Shown piece by piece: positions 13,101 to 26,656 of a stretch of 64,000 nt of DNA. Made by a program: the position numbers and the translations under genes. Under the pieces are notes generated by a model. It made no database searches. It was not told where the DNA came from and saw nothing but the letters and a program-made list of their open reading frames with translations. The DNA comes from Lingula anatina (lineage: Eukaryota; Animalia; Brachiopoda), in the NCBI GenBank assembly GCA_051362555.1, contig CM120642.1, positions 12,338,001 through 12,402,000 on the forward strand, given 5' to 3'. Within the stretch, counting starts at the first letter, position 1; each line of letters opens with the position of its first letter.

Positions 13101-16100
13101 GTTTTGTGTTAGTTAAGTTTGTTTTGAATATAATTAGAAATGAAACTTAAAATCTTGCGTTTGCTGAGAGGGTCCCATAAAACGTAGAAGACAAGATTTG
13201 CCATAGAAATTTTGATCAACTTTAGAAAGCTTACCCACAATGTGCATCTACAATCACCAAAATACAGTAATGAACATGACTTTCATGTACTGTTAAACAC
13301 GAAAGATTTCCTTATCTTACTCAAACCAAAGACGGACAATCCTTTCTCAAACCAATACGTACGCTGCAGCATATGGCGTGTTTCCTCGCCACAGAGGTAA
13401 TAAGGACTAAATTACTTTTCACGGAAAGTCAAATATTGAAGTAACGGACCATCTCTCCTGGAAACCTAGGAATTTGCCGCAAAGCAAATGAATTGTCGAT
13501 ACACTAGATGAATTAAGCCCTTAAAGCACTTTGTCAGGTTTGGACTATACTTCAAAGAGTAAAACAAGATAGCTTTTAGCTTAATAACGAGGATGTCACC
13601 CCAAAGCCAATGAGATAAGGCTTTTTCTGTTGTGATTTATGTGATAAGTATCACGCATTGTAATCGTGGCTCAAATAATGTCGGTACAAGACGGCCGTCG
13701 AAATATTTGGTTTCCGATCCGCGGGTATATACTGTATTCTATGGCCGGACGTACCATTACTGTGTTTATGAAAAATATATACACATATTATGCGAAAACT
13801 GTAGAATGGTAGGCTACGAGACTGCCCGGTTCCACACTTGTTTCATTATATCTGTTTTTACACACTCTGGAGCACTTGAAGAATTTGACATGATATGAAA
13901 TTCTTGATTGTCTCCTACATTTCTCCTGAATTTCTGACGCACAATTTTGAGCGCTAGTTATACTATAGATTTGGTTTGGGGTAGGCTTTCTCATGACACT
14001 TCATCGTGTCTTCATTTTAAGCGGGCAATGGTCAGACGGTATGACCAATCTTTTCAATATTTCGAAAGAAAGATTATTTGGCACGAAGTTGTGTATGCAG
14101 TAAAACTTGAGATATCCAATGAACGTTACATCTGTATATAGTAAGAAAAAAAAAAGAACTTTCCTTAAAGTTAAGCAATTCTCTCCTGAACACCAAGCTA
14201 CATCCTATACAAAACTCTTCGGATAATTACGATCTGATGACATACGGGCATATTGTGACTTTTTTTTTTGTTTGTGACATAGGTGGAGGTATATTATATC
14301 CTTTTGTTCTTCTGGGTAAACAGTTGGGCGACTGCAATCAATTTTCTATAAGCTGAAATTGAAAAAAAAATTTTTAATGTCAATAATATATGTTTAGTTA
14401 CGTTTATTCCAACTTCACCCAATTAGGGTTATTGGCCGGAAAAAGCTTCCAGGTTTTTCAACAGATACAAATGGCACCTTAACACAATGGCGGCTCTAGC
14501 TGTTATATATATTTTTATTATGTTAATGATTTATCCCTTAGTACGCCTATATGTTACATGTAAATATGATAGATCGATACATGAAAATGAATAAAACGTC
14601 AAATTAAGTGATATAATGATATATTTCAGGGTAAAAAACCTTATAGCCGTGCACAACAGAACTAACATAACCGGAAGTAGTCCAAGTTACGCCACAAGAG
14701 GAAATTACTCTGAGCGTTGGCACTTCCACGCTGTGCACTTCTTACTTGCAATCACTGTTTACACGCAATATCTCATTTATGTTCAGTCCTTTTTACTCAA
14801 TGGTGCAGAACACAGAGGCCCGTGGCTTGGCTAGATAATGCACTGATTACTTACGACATGAATTAATCTTTACGGTGATTTGTGATTGCACAATAATGTC
14901 ATCAGGGTTAATGAAGAAAGTTTTCTTCTGGAAAAATAGGACTTTGTTGCAAAGTTGATGCATTGTCGATTGATGAAGTTAATCAAACCAGTCCCTAAGG
15001 ACTTAATAAGATATGGAATTTGAACTTGGATACTGGAATAGTCGATGCTAGGTTTACCTCCTGTTGGCGTCGTATAGCAAAATACTTTAAGAAGAAAAAC
15101 AGGATAACTTGCAGGGTTGAGCAGTTATATATACCATGTAAAAAGGAAATGTTACTACCGTTTGTGTACAATGTTATATGAAATGTGAGCATATCTAAGA
15201 GATGTATATGTTATATGACACGTGGTCGTGGTTAAATCATTTATAGATAGCAGATAATCCACTCATAAGTCTGATGGGAGAACTTTGAACTGTCGTCCAT
15301 TTGGCAGTGTGGTGGACGATCTCCTAGATCCCGGGTTGGCATACCAAAGTTTACACAATGTGTATGCATAACATTAAGGTTGCTAACTGAGGTCAGATTC
15401 ATAAAGGAACTTAAAACTTAAGTTGGTCTTAACTTTTATGCCCAAAATGTTATGCATATGACCCAAAATATATCAGTAGTATTCCACTATTTAAAAAAAG
15501 CAAGAGAAAACATTTTAAACGAATGTACACCCTTTATTTATATTAGGCAGACCTCTGCCATCGAATATATCCTGAATCGACGAATTTTGGTCTTAATTCG
15601 TTACTTAGACTAAAGAAACTGAGCGTCCTTTGGTGTCTATAGGTCTGCAGTGTTCGTTGCGTAAGCCTAACTTATATCCCCCAGTCTATTGCAGACTAAG
15701 TAACTGGTTATAGACAAATGCACCCGTGTAACTCTGAGAAGCGTTTTTACAGAGGTAAATGACGGTTTTGGCAGACACTTGTATGCACACATTTAAAGTT
15801 ATAATAACCGAAGATTGTAAGCACTTTTAAGTAGTGAAAATGGCATCTCTGCGCAAAAACAGACAGTAAATGTAATTTGCTAAACGCATCAAGAATTGAA
15901 TGTACATTTGCTAAATGCAGTGTTTATCGTAGGCCTATAGGAAAACAATGCAATTTCATCCACTTTCTACAGGAAAAGGGTCGTGTCAATCAAGGGAGCA
16001 ATCATAAACACAGAAAGCACAGTAATTAACTTTGGTAATGGTGCCATGGGTTTCTTTTATTTGCCAAATCTCATCCTAAACATATCCAATTCCAAGATGA

Positions 16101-16950
16101 CCGTCAAGCCATGTGACATTTGCCAACCTAGAACTTTGAAAAACGCAATCTGTATTTGCTTGATTTGTTATTTGTCAATGTACTTGTAAAGTTTTAAAGA
16201 ATTAGTGGATCGAAGTAAATTGATGATTTTTCCTTTCAAAAATCTTGTGGTGCCGAAAGAGCATGTTAAGTAATTGTCTACTATTTGTATACAATCTTTC
16301 GGTCTGTAACTCACTAAACTCATTTCTAAAGAATTAAAAAATCTTTCACTATTTCTCGGAGACAAGATTTACAAACTTAAAATCAAAATATATGTCACAA
16401 AAAACGTCCACAACATGTTACCAGTGAAGTCTTAGGAAGGTATTTTGACCAAATTTGCCTCGTACATGTACATTGTACATGCAGACGACAGAAAAGTTTT
16501 ACGCCGGAGTGACTTACGTGATAACATCAGCATTGTCGTGTTTACAGTAGTCGGAAAGCGATGATCTATAAGTAGCGATTTCCTCCATAGGATTCAATAA
16601 TAATGTGTGCTTGTCCCCTATATTAGATCAATTCAATTATTATTGACGCCTGGTCTTGCAATTAATACGATGTATAAGTAGACAGGGACTTTGATAAATG
16701 TGATTTTAAAAGATGGGTAAATTGATAAGTTGCTATAATTTTGTTGGCCAATATGATATGTCACTCGTAAGAAACATATCTATGACATTTCTTCCTTAAT
16801 ATACAGGATATTAATAGAAGCTTTATATGGTTAGTCGTAAAATCTTCAGAAATCAGACCAACGGATTAGGTTGCATGATATTTCTATCCTGTGCCCAGAA
16901 TGAGGTATTACCAAAAGGCGTAAATGTTCCATAAAAATTCTGATGGAACT

Positions 16951-16966
16951 CACACACACACACACA

Positions 16967-17009
<43 letters not shown>

Positions 17010-17012
17010 GCA
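16951..17012. repeat. Compound microsatellite (CA)n(CGCA)n(CA)n
   Basis: Read directly. Confidence 0.95.
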
Positions 17013-17570
17013 CTGCATTTACAAATAAATAATAGAATAGGCTAATATCACTGGCGGGTTATGAATTGAGACAGGTTCTGACATGATTGCGCGACTAGTC
17101 TACATATCCAAATTGGAAATACGTTGTTCCCTGATTATTAAATCACGCGTGGCTGTGGGAAGATGGTTTGATGCAAATTGTCCGCCATATGCTCTGTCGG
17201 AATTCTGTATCCTACACAAAGACTGCAAGCGAAGCTAGGATTATTTTCAATTTTTTTCGTTCTTTGACATTTCATAGAGATTGATGCAATCCTGTTGTAA
17301 TTTCATAAGGATTTAATTTTGCGTAAGCATATACACTGAGAGGGAAATAAGTGTCTGATATCGCGGTGGGAGTATATTCTGAAGAAAAGCATCAAGACAG
17401 ACCTCCCTAAATCTCCTGCCCAAATCTAGCAATCAATTCCAGGATTAACAGCATCTTCAAGTATGACCTTTTATGTAATCGGTTTAACTAAAGCTTTAAT
17501 TTGTCGACACAACCCAGCACCAAGCTAACCTGCGTCCGGTATTTTTTCAACCAAAGAAAATAGTTAAAAT

Positions 17571-17763
17571 GCATTTTGCAACTGCAACGCATTTTGCAAC
17601 CAGCACTTTTCTAAGTCTCTAGAACAGTTTGAAGTACGAAACAGGTAGAATTGGAGTGGGGACGGGTTTACCTCGACTATGTTCGCTGAAACTGGTCAGG
17701 CTGCCCCTGGGGTGGACGATAATATATAATTTATTTCACTTTGTAATTTCCCAGACCATTAGA
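17571..17763 (+). repeat. Left copy of a diverged inverted repeat (partner at 21221-21353)
   Basis: GCATTTTGCAAC...CGCTGAAACTGGTCAGGCTGCCCCTGGGGTGGACGAT...TATTTCAC...AGACCATTA matches the reverse complement of 21221-21353. Confidence 0.75.
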
Positions 17764-17859
17764 GTGAGGGAGTTGTGTGAATCTGAAGGCGGTCTTCGGG
17801 TTATAGGAAGGAAGGGGAAATGCAGAGAAAGCAGCAGACAACACTTAATAACAGACATT

Positions 17860-18113
17860 CAGCCGTATTCTTGAATGAAGTTCAAGTTATACAATTAAAA
17901 ACCCATTCAAGACGCCTTGCTCCCAGGAATCCTAGGGTCGAAGTCCTGTTGTTCTTTACCATAAAAAGCACCATATTAATTACTGTTCTTGCGTAATTAA
18001 CATGTTTGATTTGTAGTAAGACATAACAGCAGATGAACGCTAGGATTCCTGTGTGTGGGGCCTGAGTTTTTAACTGGATTCCTTGACTTGTTTTTATGCA
18101 TGTAATACGGCTG
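17860..18113. mobile_element. Palindromic MITE-like element
   Basis: Ends CAGCCGTATT/AATACGGCTG, with inner pairs CAGGAATCCTAG/CTAGGATTCCTG and TAATTAC/GTAATTA about a central axis. Confidence 0.65.
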
Positions 18114-18236
18114 GAAGTCCGTTAAATGCGCTCTATGCGCTGCTGCTGTTCTCCGTATTTCTCAAGGACCCATGCATATTCATAAAAATGACTGGTTTAT
18201 CATGTTCCTAACTATAAGGGTAGATAGCAGAAATAC

Positions 18237-20821
18237 TAGGGGTGGGCAAATGAAGGCTTTTTTGAGAAATTTAATTTCAGACAAGTGGATTCTATGGCCA
18301 TTTTGGCTGCTGAATACAAATCTAATAAGTATTTTCATTTTAAATTACATCTGATATTGGTATCAGGTGATTTTTCAAAATGGCAACCAAACGCTCCCTC
18401 AAATCACATATTTGTCATGTAAATCTTTAAATATCAGTTCAAACATGGCTTTTTATATGTCTAACCATATGATTTCATGATCAATGAGCATAAATAGATA
18501 CATCATTTTGGTTGGGTCACTTCATTTTGGGTTAAAAAGAGGATTTTTTGTCATTTTGAGGTAAAAATCACCCCAAAATCACCATTTCTGTGTACATAAA
18601 TACAAATGTTTATATGCAACTGTGGCTTTTAAATTAGGAAAAACAATAATACAACAAATATGGCCAGTGTTGTTCAAGGATCACATGAAACTGAAAAGTT
18701 TTGACATATAGAATAGCATAATGTTAGTTACATATGGGAATATTTACAGTAGAAGACTCAGTAGCAGAGCATTAAGGATATTGTTACTCTTTATTACCAT
18801 CCAGATACCGAAAATAAGTTTTTTCCTGCATCTAATTATTCAATAATGTATCTGTCTTTGTGCTGCTTTGAAACAACGAAAAAACTCTTGAAAATATGAA
18901 ATAACGGCGTTTATATTTTTTCGTTGCAATGTATAAGCATAAGCAACTCAAAGCTTTAATCATCTATTTAACAGCTTTCTTTTTTGAGATTAGTTAGCAA
19001 TGCATATGAGGCTTAACTTCATCCCTGAACAAGATTTTATCACAAGGAATGGCCAATGGACCACAAAGGCATGAGTTACAATCCCATGCCAACGTTATGG
19101 TTTAAATGCTTTTGTTATGGAGTCATGAGTCCGTAATGACCGATCTTCTAAAAACAAAGGTATTATTTTGCTTTATCAACGATCAAATCTGAACTAAGGC
19201 TTTAAAAAATCGCTGGCAGGGTTTTGGGGTACTAAATGGTGTCATTAAATTGGCTTTGAAATAGTGATCACGGGTGTTCAGGTAAAACAGACATTTGAGA
19301 AACCGATTTTTCAGTTTTTACCCCAAACTGCAATTATACCATCACCCGTAAGATGACATGTGTAAATGTTAATTAATGTAATCACTGAACACTGAAAATT
19401 TATTTATCACCGAAAAGAATGTATGTAAGGCAGTAAATAAGGAGTTTTGGGTGAACGGTGACAATATCCTTATTGTCTTCATTTATAACCTAGTCACACT
19501 AGAGGCGGAATGAGCTAGAATGTAGTCGGAATAAAAATTCCTTGTTTGTTCCTGGATATTTGAAGTATCTTAAAATTCTAAGCGCATTCTAAATGTTTGG
19601 GTCCATTCTTGCATCCTATTAAAATGTTTTGCTCATTCTCAAAACTTTCGAAGTGCATTCCAAGTGGAAAAATATCGAATGGCATTCAAGTGTATTCTAA
19701 CTGCACTATGAGCGCATTCTTAAAATTCTTACGAAATTCCAACAGCATTCGAAACATTTTGATCACATTCGAGGGAGAACCGAAATGGCAAGGCGCTTCA
19801 AATCTTGTCAGAATGTTCCACATTGTGCCTCCAATGAGCAGGAATGCAACTCGAATGCATATTGATTGCAGGCTGGGATTCAGCCAACAATGAAACCACA
19901 CTTGTATGGCATTTGAAGTGCATTCTAAATATTCTCACTATATTTAGGGTGAACGGCATTAGCATTAACGATATTCCTAATGTGTTCCAACTACATTCGA
20001 GCTGCATTTGAGAGCTATACAATACAACTGAAATGTGCACGAATCATTCCAGGTGGGTTCGAAGCGCATTCTGACGTATTCTTGCTTGAATTAAGGTCAA
20101 TTTGATATTACCCAACGAATGTGGCGCGAATTTTGAAAATTCTTCATTATGGCTCATTCTGCTTGATTACTTCCAAATAAGTGTGACAGGGGGCTTTTAC
20201 AGTGCCTTCTGGTCTTAATGTATTTCTTGTTGATGCTTTCATGGTTGTGGTGAGATACTCTTAAACTACACAACTGAAACTAAGTACTATTCCAAGGTCA
20301 AGAGCTTAGAGGTTGTAAGAGGTTGATGTCACCTGACAAAGTTTTACCTGTTCTGAAGAAAAGGAAAATTATACAGCATAAAATTTGTTGGTACACATCC
20401 ATGAAGGTATTTTCAGCATTGTTTTTATACCAAACTGTAATCCATGAATTCAGTATGTACATAATGGCCATTATTTATATTTATCTTAGGCTCGAAGTGT
20501 GTATTTTATGTATATGTTTGTTTTAAATAACATATTTTTACAGATGTCACCCTAACAATATTGCCAATGTCTTGAATATGCTCATATTTGAACTCAGCAA
20601 CCCTCAAAACATATAGAAAGACATATTACACATCATTTTTATGTACTTTACTGTGAAAATATGGCCAAAAAGCCATTTCCCGCCTTTTTTCACAAACAAA
20701 TAGCAGATTCCAATATAAATCTTTAGCTTTGGTAAAAAATATTGTCAGATTTGTGTTCAGCAGCAAAAATGGCCATAGAATCCACCTGTTTTAAAAAAAT
20801 TTTGTCATTTGCCCACCCCTA
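18237..20821. mobile_element. Non-autonomous cut-and-paste DNA transposon (~2.6 kb), hAT- or P-like TSD length
   Basis: Perfect 17-bp TIR TAGGGGTGGGCAAATGA, extended by an imperfect subterminal IR (GTGGATTCTATGGCCATTTT.GCTGCTGAA.ACAAATCT). Flanked by the duplication (A)GAAATAC at 18229-18236 and 20821-20828. No transposase ORF. Confidence 0.88.
19489..20194. mobile_element. Degenerate TIR element (PIF/Harbinger-like ends) nested in the 18237-20821 transposon
   Basis: Ends CCTAGTCACACT ... AGTGTGACAGGGGGC. The interior is dominated by GCATTC/GAATGC/TTCGAA motifs and is compositionally distinct from the host element. Confidence 0.55.
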
Positions 20822-20828
20822 GAAATAC

Positions 20829-21165
20829 CGATGTGAAAAAAATAGAATCAAACCCCCCCCCCGGGAACAGCCACACCCCAAATCATACTAACATTCCCGA
20901 AGGACCCATGCATATATCCTCAATGGCAAGCTTATCAATCCGTTTAAGGGTAAGGGTCATTAGCGGAAATTACAATGTCGAATTAGATTCAACCGCCCCC
21001 AGCACCACACCCCAAGTCAAAAAGAAAAAAGATACTGTAGCTACGTTTCATGTTCCTTACTCAAATGGTTGACACAATGGATAGATAGCAGACAGTACGA
21101 TGTAAAAATTAGAATCGACCACACACAGGGATGACCACACCCAAGTCACAATAAAATTCCTAAGA
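20829..21165. repeat. Degenerate tandem array (~115-150-bp units); its first unit starts near 18164 and is split by the transposon
   Basis: Recurrent AAGGACCCATGCATAT, TCATGTTCCT, TAGATAGCAGA, TAGAATC and CCACACCC(C)AA(G/A)TCA motifs. Confidence 0.65.
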
Positions 21166-21220
21166 GCCTTTGCAAATCCCTAAGGATGGGTTTATTAATC
21201 CCCGGCGTACCAAGTTCTTA

Positions 21221-21353
21221 TCTATAATGGTCTTAGAAGTAACAATGTGAAATAGATTTTGCATGTTTATAATTGTCCACCCCAGAGGTAGCCTGTCTAA
21301 TTTCAGCGTACCTAGCGTCTCTAGTGTGAACATTGCGTTCGGTTGCAAAATGC
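21221..21353 (-). repeat. Right copy of the diverged inverted repeat
   Basis: Reverse complement reads GCATTTTGCAACC...CGCTGAAATTAGACAGGCTACCTCTGGGGTGGACAAT...TATTTCAC...AGACCATTA. Confidence 0.75.
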
Positions 21354-24300
21354 GGCCCTACAGGGTGTTAATGGTACCCTAGCAGAGGTTCTCTAGTGTT
21401 AACATTGCGATCAATTGCAGACGTCTACTGCAGCCAACCGGGCTAATTCTGACTTAAGGCTACAAACCAGTTCAGTTCAGTCAGTTCAATATCCTATCCT
21501 TCTCTATTGATTCTCAGGCAGGCTCAGAAGTGGATCGGTCTCACTGAGCACCTGCAACTGGTGCCAGTCGATACAAAATTTGGGACGGTAAAATGATGCG
21601 TCTTTGTTAGAAAAGAGATTAATAATTAAAATGAACGTGTATCATTTCGTATGCTCAAAAGTGTGGTGAGCCAATTAAAGGAAATACTTGCAAAGAGTAT
21701 AATTTAATTTATTTCAATAGATACTAAATAATTTAAATTAAAAAACATCAAACGTATGGATGACGCTGATTGGGGTTGAAAAGGGTAGATGTAGGAATAG
21801 GAACGTGTTATAGGGTAATATTCTTAAATATTCAACAATGAAGAGGAGGTATACCGTACTACCTTCAAACTGCTCACAGTCCACTCTCCTGGGCAGAACA
21901 GACACGTTCAGAGCCTCCACATCGCAATTATTACTGGCCAAATACAGCACAGTTACATTCTTGGACTCCTTGTTTAAACCATGAAACTATTCAATACAGT
22001 AAAGATTCGTTGTATGACCATTTAGTTTGCAACTGGTCTAAAGTAGGTGGTAAATTTACTAGATCCGTAAGTTACTATTGAAATATAATAATGAATTTAC
22101 ATTGTTAACATTAGGACGCAGCAAATGGAGCTTTTCAGCATGTTAACTTTAACCCAAATAATGTCAAAAGTCGTGTCGAAATTCCTGTACCATTCATTTC
22201 CGATAACATTGAACAGGGTTCCATGAAAAAAGACTGGCGTGAACAGATGTACCAATTTGTCAAATCTAACAAGCAACGGAACATGAGAACGAATATAAAG
22301 CAACGGTACGTTGTCAAACAGCACTAGGGTTGTTGAAATACTGGGTGCAAATGTCAAAAAGTAATACAACAGACTGTCCTAGGTCGTTTGCAAATTCTCT
22401 CATTCTCAAAAAAAAAAAAGCCTGTTCCTGCTTAGAATTTTAATCTGTACTTGTGGGCAATGATAAATGCACCCTGCGTTTCGGATGGTTTCCAGTGATT
22501 TCTGAGACTCACACTGTGCTAATGCGAACTTATTCACAGCCTGTGGTAGAGGCAAGGAGACAGACCCAGTTTGGACGCTTCGATCCCCATTCTGGATCCA
22601 GCGGAAAACGCCCGGATAAAGGATTAATTAACAGCCGAATTTTAAAAAAAGGTCTTGTAGGAAGTATAGACAGAGATGTTGTTGAAATGGAGCTTGGTTA
22701 GTTGTGTATTGAAACCATGGCTTATGACACATTATCAATCAATCAATCAATTATTGCAGATTTGACTGAATGGCGTATACTTGTGGAATATATTGCCCTT
22801 TGGGTTAATATAATCAATTAGATGGAATATGAAAAAACTCATTGTTTACGCAGCTGATGTCATGCACCTGTAATCAGCATACAATATCGTATATTTAAGA
22901 CCATCAGCTACGTAAGGGGTTATCCAACGCACACACACACACAAAAAAAAATGCTATCTTGTCACATGACTTGGTATCGGCCATTTGGAGAATACAGAAC
23001 CATATCAAATGAATCTAAAACCCCCACCGCCAGTATTACAACTTGAAGCATACGTAACTGTACTGTACTGATATGAGTAGTCCAACAAATTAGCTGACAG
23101 CGAGGAGACAGGACCTCCCTATAGTGCTAGGTGGGACTATCAAGTGCCCTAGGTAAATAACCTCGATGTTCCCTTGCGAGTGACTTGCACCTGTACTTTT
23201 AACAGAATCTCGTTCTTTATCTTAACACGCGAAATCCTTTTTACGCTTGAATATCGTTTTACATAATAACAGTTGAACTTTAAGTCACGATATCTTGTAA
23301 TAGAATGTTTTTTCTTTCGTTTGAAGAACTACTGTACACCACGAAATTGATAAATATTCTAAAAGTCAACTGCTAAGTGTCATATTTAGCTACATGTAAA
23401 CTATTGTCATTTAAGTTTTTAAACATGCTCCACACCATCCCCAACTACCAGTATGCCTATTGATTTGATTATGTGTCTTGATATTGTTGAAAGTTTGCTG
23501 CAGAATGTTGCGCATTTTGGTGAAGTATGCCGCTATACAGATAGACTACATGTCCGGTTTCTCAGATTTCTGCAATTGTAGGCCATGTCTCAACTCTTAC
23601 AGTCTCATCCCTTACAGTTGGTTAAAACTGTCATACTTTTTTCACTGTAAAAATACATTGTTTTACACGTATTTTAATTTATACCTTTGTTCTGTTAACG
23701 TGAACCAATCACGTAGAAAAAAAGGTGCATGTTTTTTATGTTTATGATTTAAGCAGTGAGTTTTGGAAATATCTGCTCGATGTCTGAATAAATACTGTGA
23801 CTTGGGAATCTGAATTCGTGCTATTGCGTCGTGGACATGGAAATCTAAAACATATGTTATATGTCGAACCCAAATTTAGAGAGGACCAGAACATGAGGAT
23901 TAATTTTCATTAATAAACGTGTTTTTTAATAATAATGATAAGAATGTCAGCACTGATACATTTTTATGCTGAATCAAACTCAGCCGTTCTCTCTTCAGAT
24001 CTTGAGCTATCATTTAGGACATACTTCATTTCGAGCACACCAATTAAAGCAAATTTGCGATTTGTATGATGCATCTGGAGGTGTTCGAATCAAATGCAAC
24101 GTAACTTTATTCCATGTGGTATGCCTTTAGATCTCTCTTCACAAAGATTAAAATGATATTTTTATCACAAAGACTAACATTGGGTAAATCTTTCCCGCCT
24201 GCTCTCCAAAATATTTTCACTTGAAAAGTCAGAACACCAAAATATTTAGGTGTAAGTTTTTGCACGCTTCCTTAGATCCTCCGCCACCTGAAAATTCAGA

Positions 24301-24783
24301 GCACTGTAGATTTTTTTTTTTTTTTTTTTTTTTTTTTGCGTAAGTAAAATGAATTTAGACCTGAATTGAGATTCATGTTGAGAATAAAAAATACATGTAT
24401 ATAATAATGGAATACAGTAAAATGAAACGATCTTCTCCACAATAACATGACTTATCATCATATTTAAAAAACGGCTTCATTCTTGTGGAGTACAAATTCG
24501 AGGTGAGACCTTGCAAGTAAACAACACGTCACAATTTATCGACAGCCTAATATTGCATGTATTTTTCATTAACAGCAAAACCAGCCCTGATGAGATACCT
24601 ATCCAATTAACATGCCGTCTTTAAACCATTAACATTTGTTCCGACGAGCGTTCCCCTTTACTATGAACTTAATCTGAGGTCATGTTGTTTTCTAACGGTT
24701 CGGTTTTTTGACAGTTGAGATATGATAACTTCCGCTGTGACTAAATATCAAAAAAAAAAAAGACGAAGGAGAAGAAGCACAAA

Positions 24784-24784
<1 letters not shown>

Positions 24785-24824
<40 letters not shown>
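24785..24824. repeat. (TG)n microsatellite
   Basis: Read directly. Long poly-T tracts are nearby at ~24311-24337 and ~24978-25003. Confidence 0.95.
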
Positions 24825-24829
<5 letters not shown>

Positions 24830-26587
24830 GCAGAGGCCAGAGGAGGGGGTGTAAGACCAGGGATATGCAGCAACTTGGCTGTATCCCAAAATACAAAATG
24901 AAGTGCATTTTGAACCAAAACAAAATTCATGCCAAGACTGTCTAAATTATGAACAGAATTCTTATTTGGAAGCGCTCTTTTTTTTTTTTTTTTTTTTTTT
25001 TTTGGCAATGCGAATAAGTGTAACCTGGGGCTCGGATACAGCCATTCATCTTCAACGCAATCTCTTATAAGGTGCATTGGTTTTATGATTGAGTTAAGAG
25101 CCGAGAAAGCACGGCACTGATGTTTTTTCTGTATTTGTGTTTTTTTTTTTTTTTCTTGTAGTTCAATAAACGAGGCTCTGGTGCTGCATGAACTCCCTTT
25201 TTTGCTCAACAGTTAATGTAATTATGTGCTTTGATATAAATAACGCCCTCAGGACGTGGTGAAGAAATAATCCAATAATACTTTAACTAATGTTCCCAGA
25301 GATGAACATACTTTTACATACGTGACTTCTTTGATGATACGAGTATTGATGATTGCGACCAAATGCGACAGGTGAGACAAAAAAATTCATCTGATATGAT
25401 TTACCCTACTCATTATCTCATGCTACTACTATCTTAAGTCGTGTACAGTACAGCTCTAGGTACCCCATACTTTTGCCTATTAAACATAAAATAAAACTTG
25501 ATTTGGGAAATTTTCTTTCACTGAGCGTCCCTTTTGTGAAACAGAACGAAAAGGCATTTTAAATGATGATTTGACGACCACCGCTGAGACGAATCCGCTG
25601 CGAAGCTTAATGGTTGAAATGTGCCGCATAACACATAATTTAAAGGTGAACACAAATTTGAATATCGAGTCAAATTACACATCAATCATTCATTACAGAT
25701 AATAGCGACAAAGCAATATGAAGAACAAAGGCGGTGAATTGACCTGAATCTTTATATTCAATTAAAAAAGTTTGGAACGCATCGGTTTTTCTTCAGTTTC
25801 TGGCGTCCCAAACTCTTTTACGAATTAAATGTTCGTGTATTTATTACCACATAATGATAATCGCCACTGCTATGTTGTTGGCCAAAGACTCATACTTTTT
25901 TGCGTTCTTTTTGTTCAACACGTTTATGCTTTGAGAATTGTACTAACAGGGTTTGTTTTTGTCAGGTCTGTGTTTCAATGTCGGTAAAAAAATTGTGTAC
26001 AGTAGGTAAATTTCAACTTAGGCTGAGGACTGGATGTCTGTAGAACCCGCTTTTCCATGTACACGATATTTCCCTGTCTCTCTTCTGTCACATCGGTCTA
26101 TTTTTAGCGCACAGTCAGACGACGTCAACCAGAAGACCGTATTTAATCTCGCAATGACTTGCGTTCCATTGATACCCCCTTCACGTCCACCAAAAAACAG
26201 ACTGCATTGTAAACAGCATCGAAGTCTCCCTTCGAGGTCCTTTTTTTCAACCAGAAGGCTTCACTGATGCGAAACATTTATGGTTTCACTAAATCCCACC
26301 AGGCGGAAGATTTTAAGTATCCATGGTATACGACATCGAATCCATAGGCTAGTTCGCGCTGGCAAAGTTAACCATAATTACGTGTAAGCTTCCTCCGACC
26401 GCGTGCAAGGCCAGAGCTCGTGAGGTTACAACTTCGCTTAGCTGTCTGTTCCAAGAGCCCGAGCTGAGGATTCAGCAGAGATTTAACAGACTTGGTTAGA
26501 AATTTAACATACTTTTTCGTCTTCGATTGCTGCGTTCGTCCTTGTCCCTGTGGGCTTAAGCCTGGCGCATCAAAGAGCGGTCTTTTG

Positions 26588-26611
26588 ATGTCTGTACGCT
26601 CGAACTGTTGA
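26588..26611 (+). promoter_or_regulatory. Upstream ORF (MSVRSNC*) ending 2 nt before the receptor ATG
   Basis: ATG TCT GTA CGC TCG AAC TGT TGA ca ATG read directly from the sequence. Confidence 0.55.
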
Positions 26612-26613
26612 CA

Positions 26614-26656
26614 ATGGAAAGGACAGCTAATTATTTGGCATTTGTACTTTTCCCAG
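26614..26656 (+). CDS. RXFP1: Relaxin receptor proximal first exon (signal peptide)
   Basis: ACAATGG Kozak context; reads [14 protein letters not shown] with phase-1 donor CAG|GTAGGT. Joins exon 2 as [25 protein letters not shown]. Confidence 0.7.

Noticed and set aside
24692-25209. ORFs with HTHT or poly-K runs (also at 27880, 34513, 37294 and 49037)
   Set aside because: Produced by microsatellites and homopolymer tracts.
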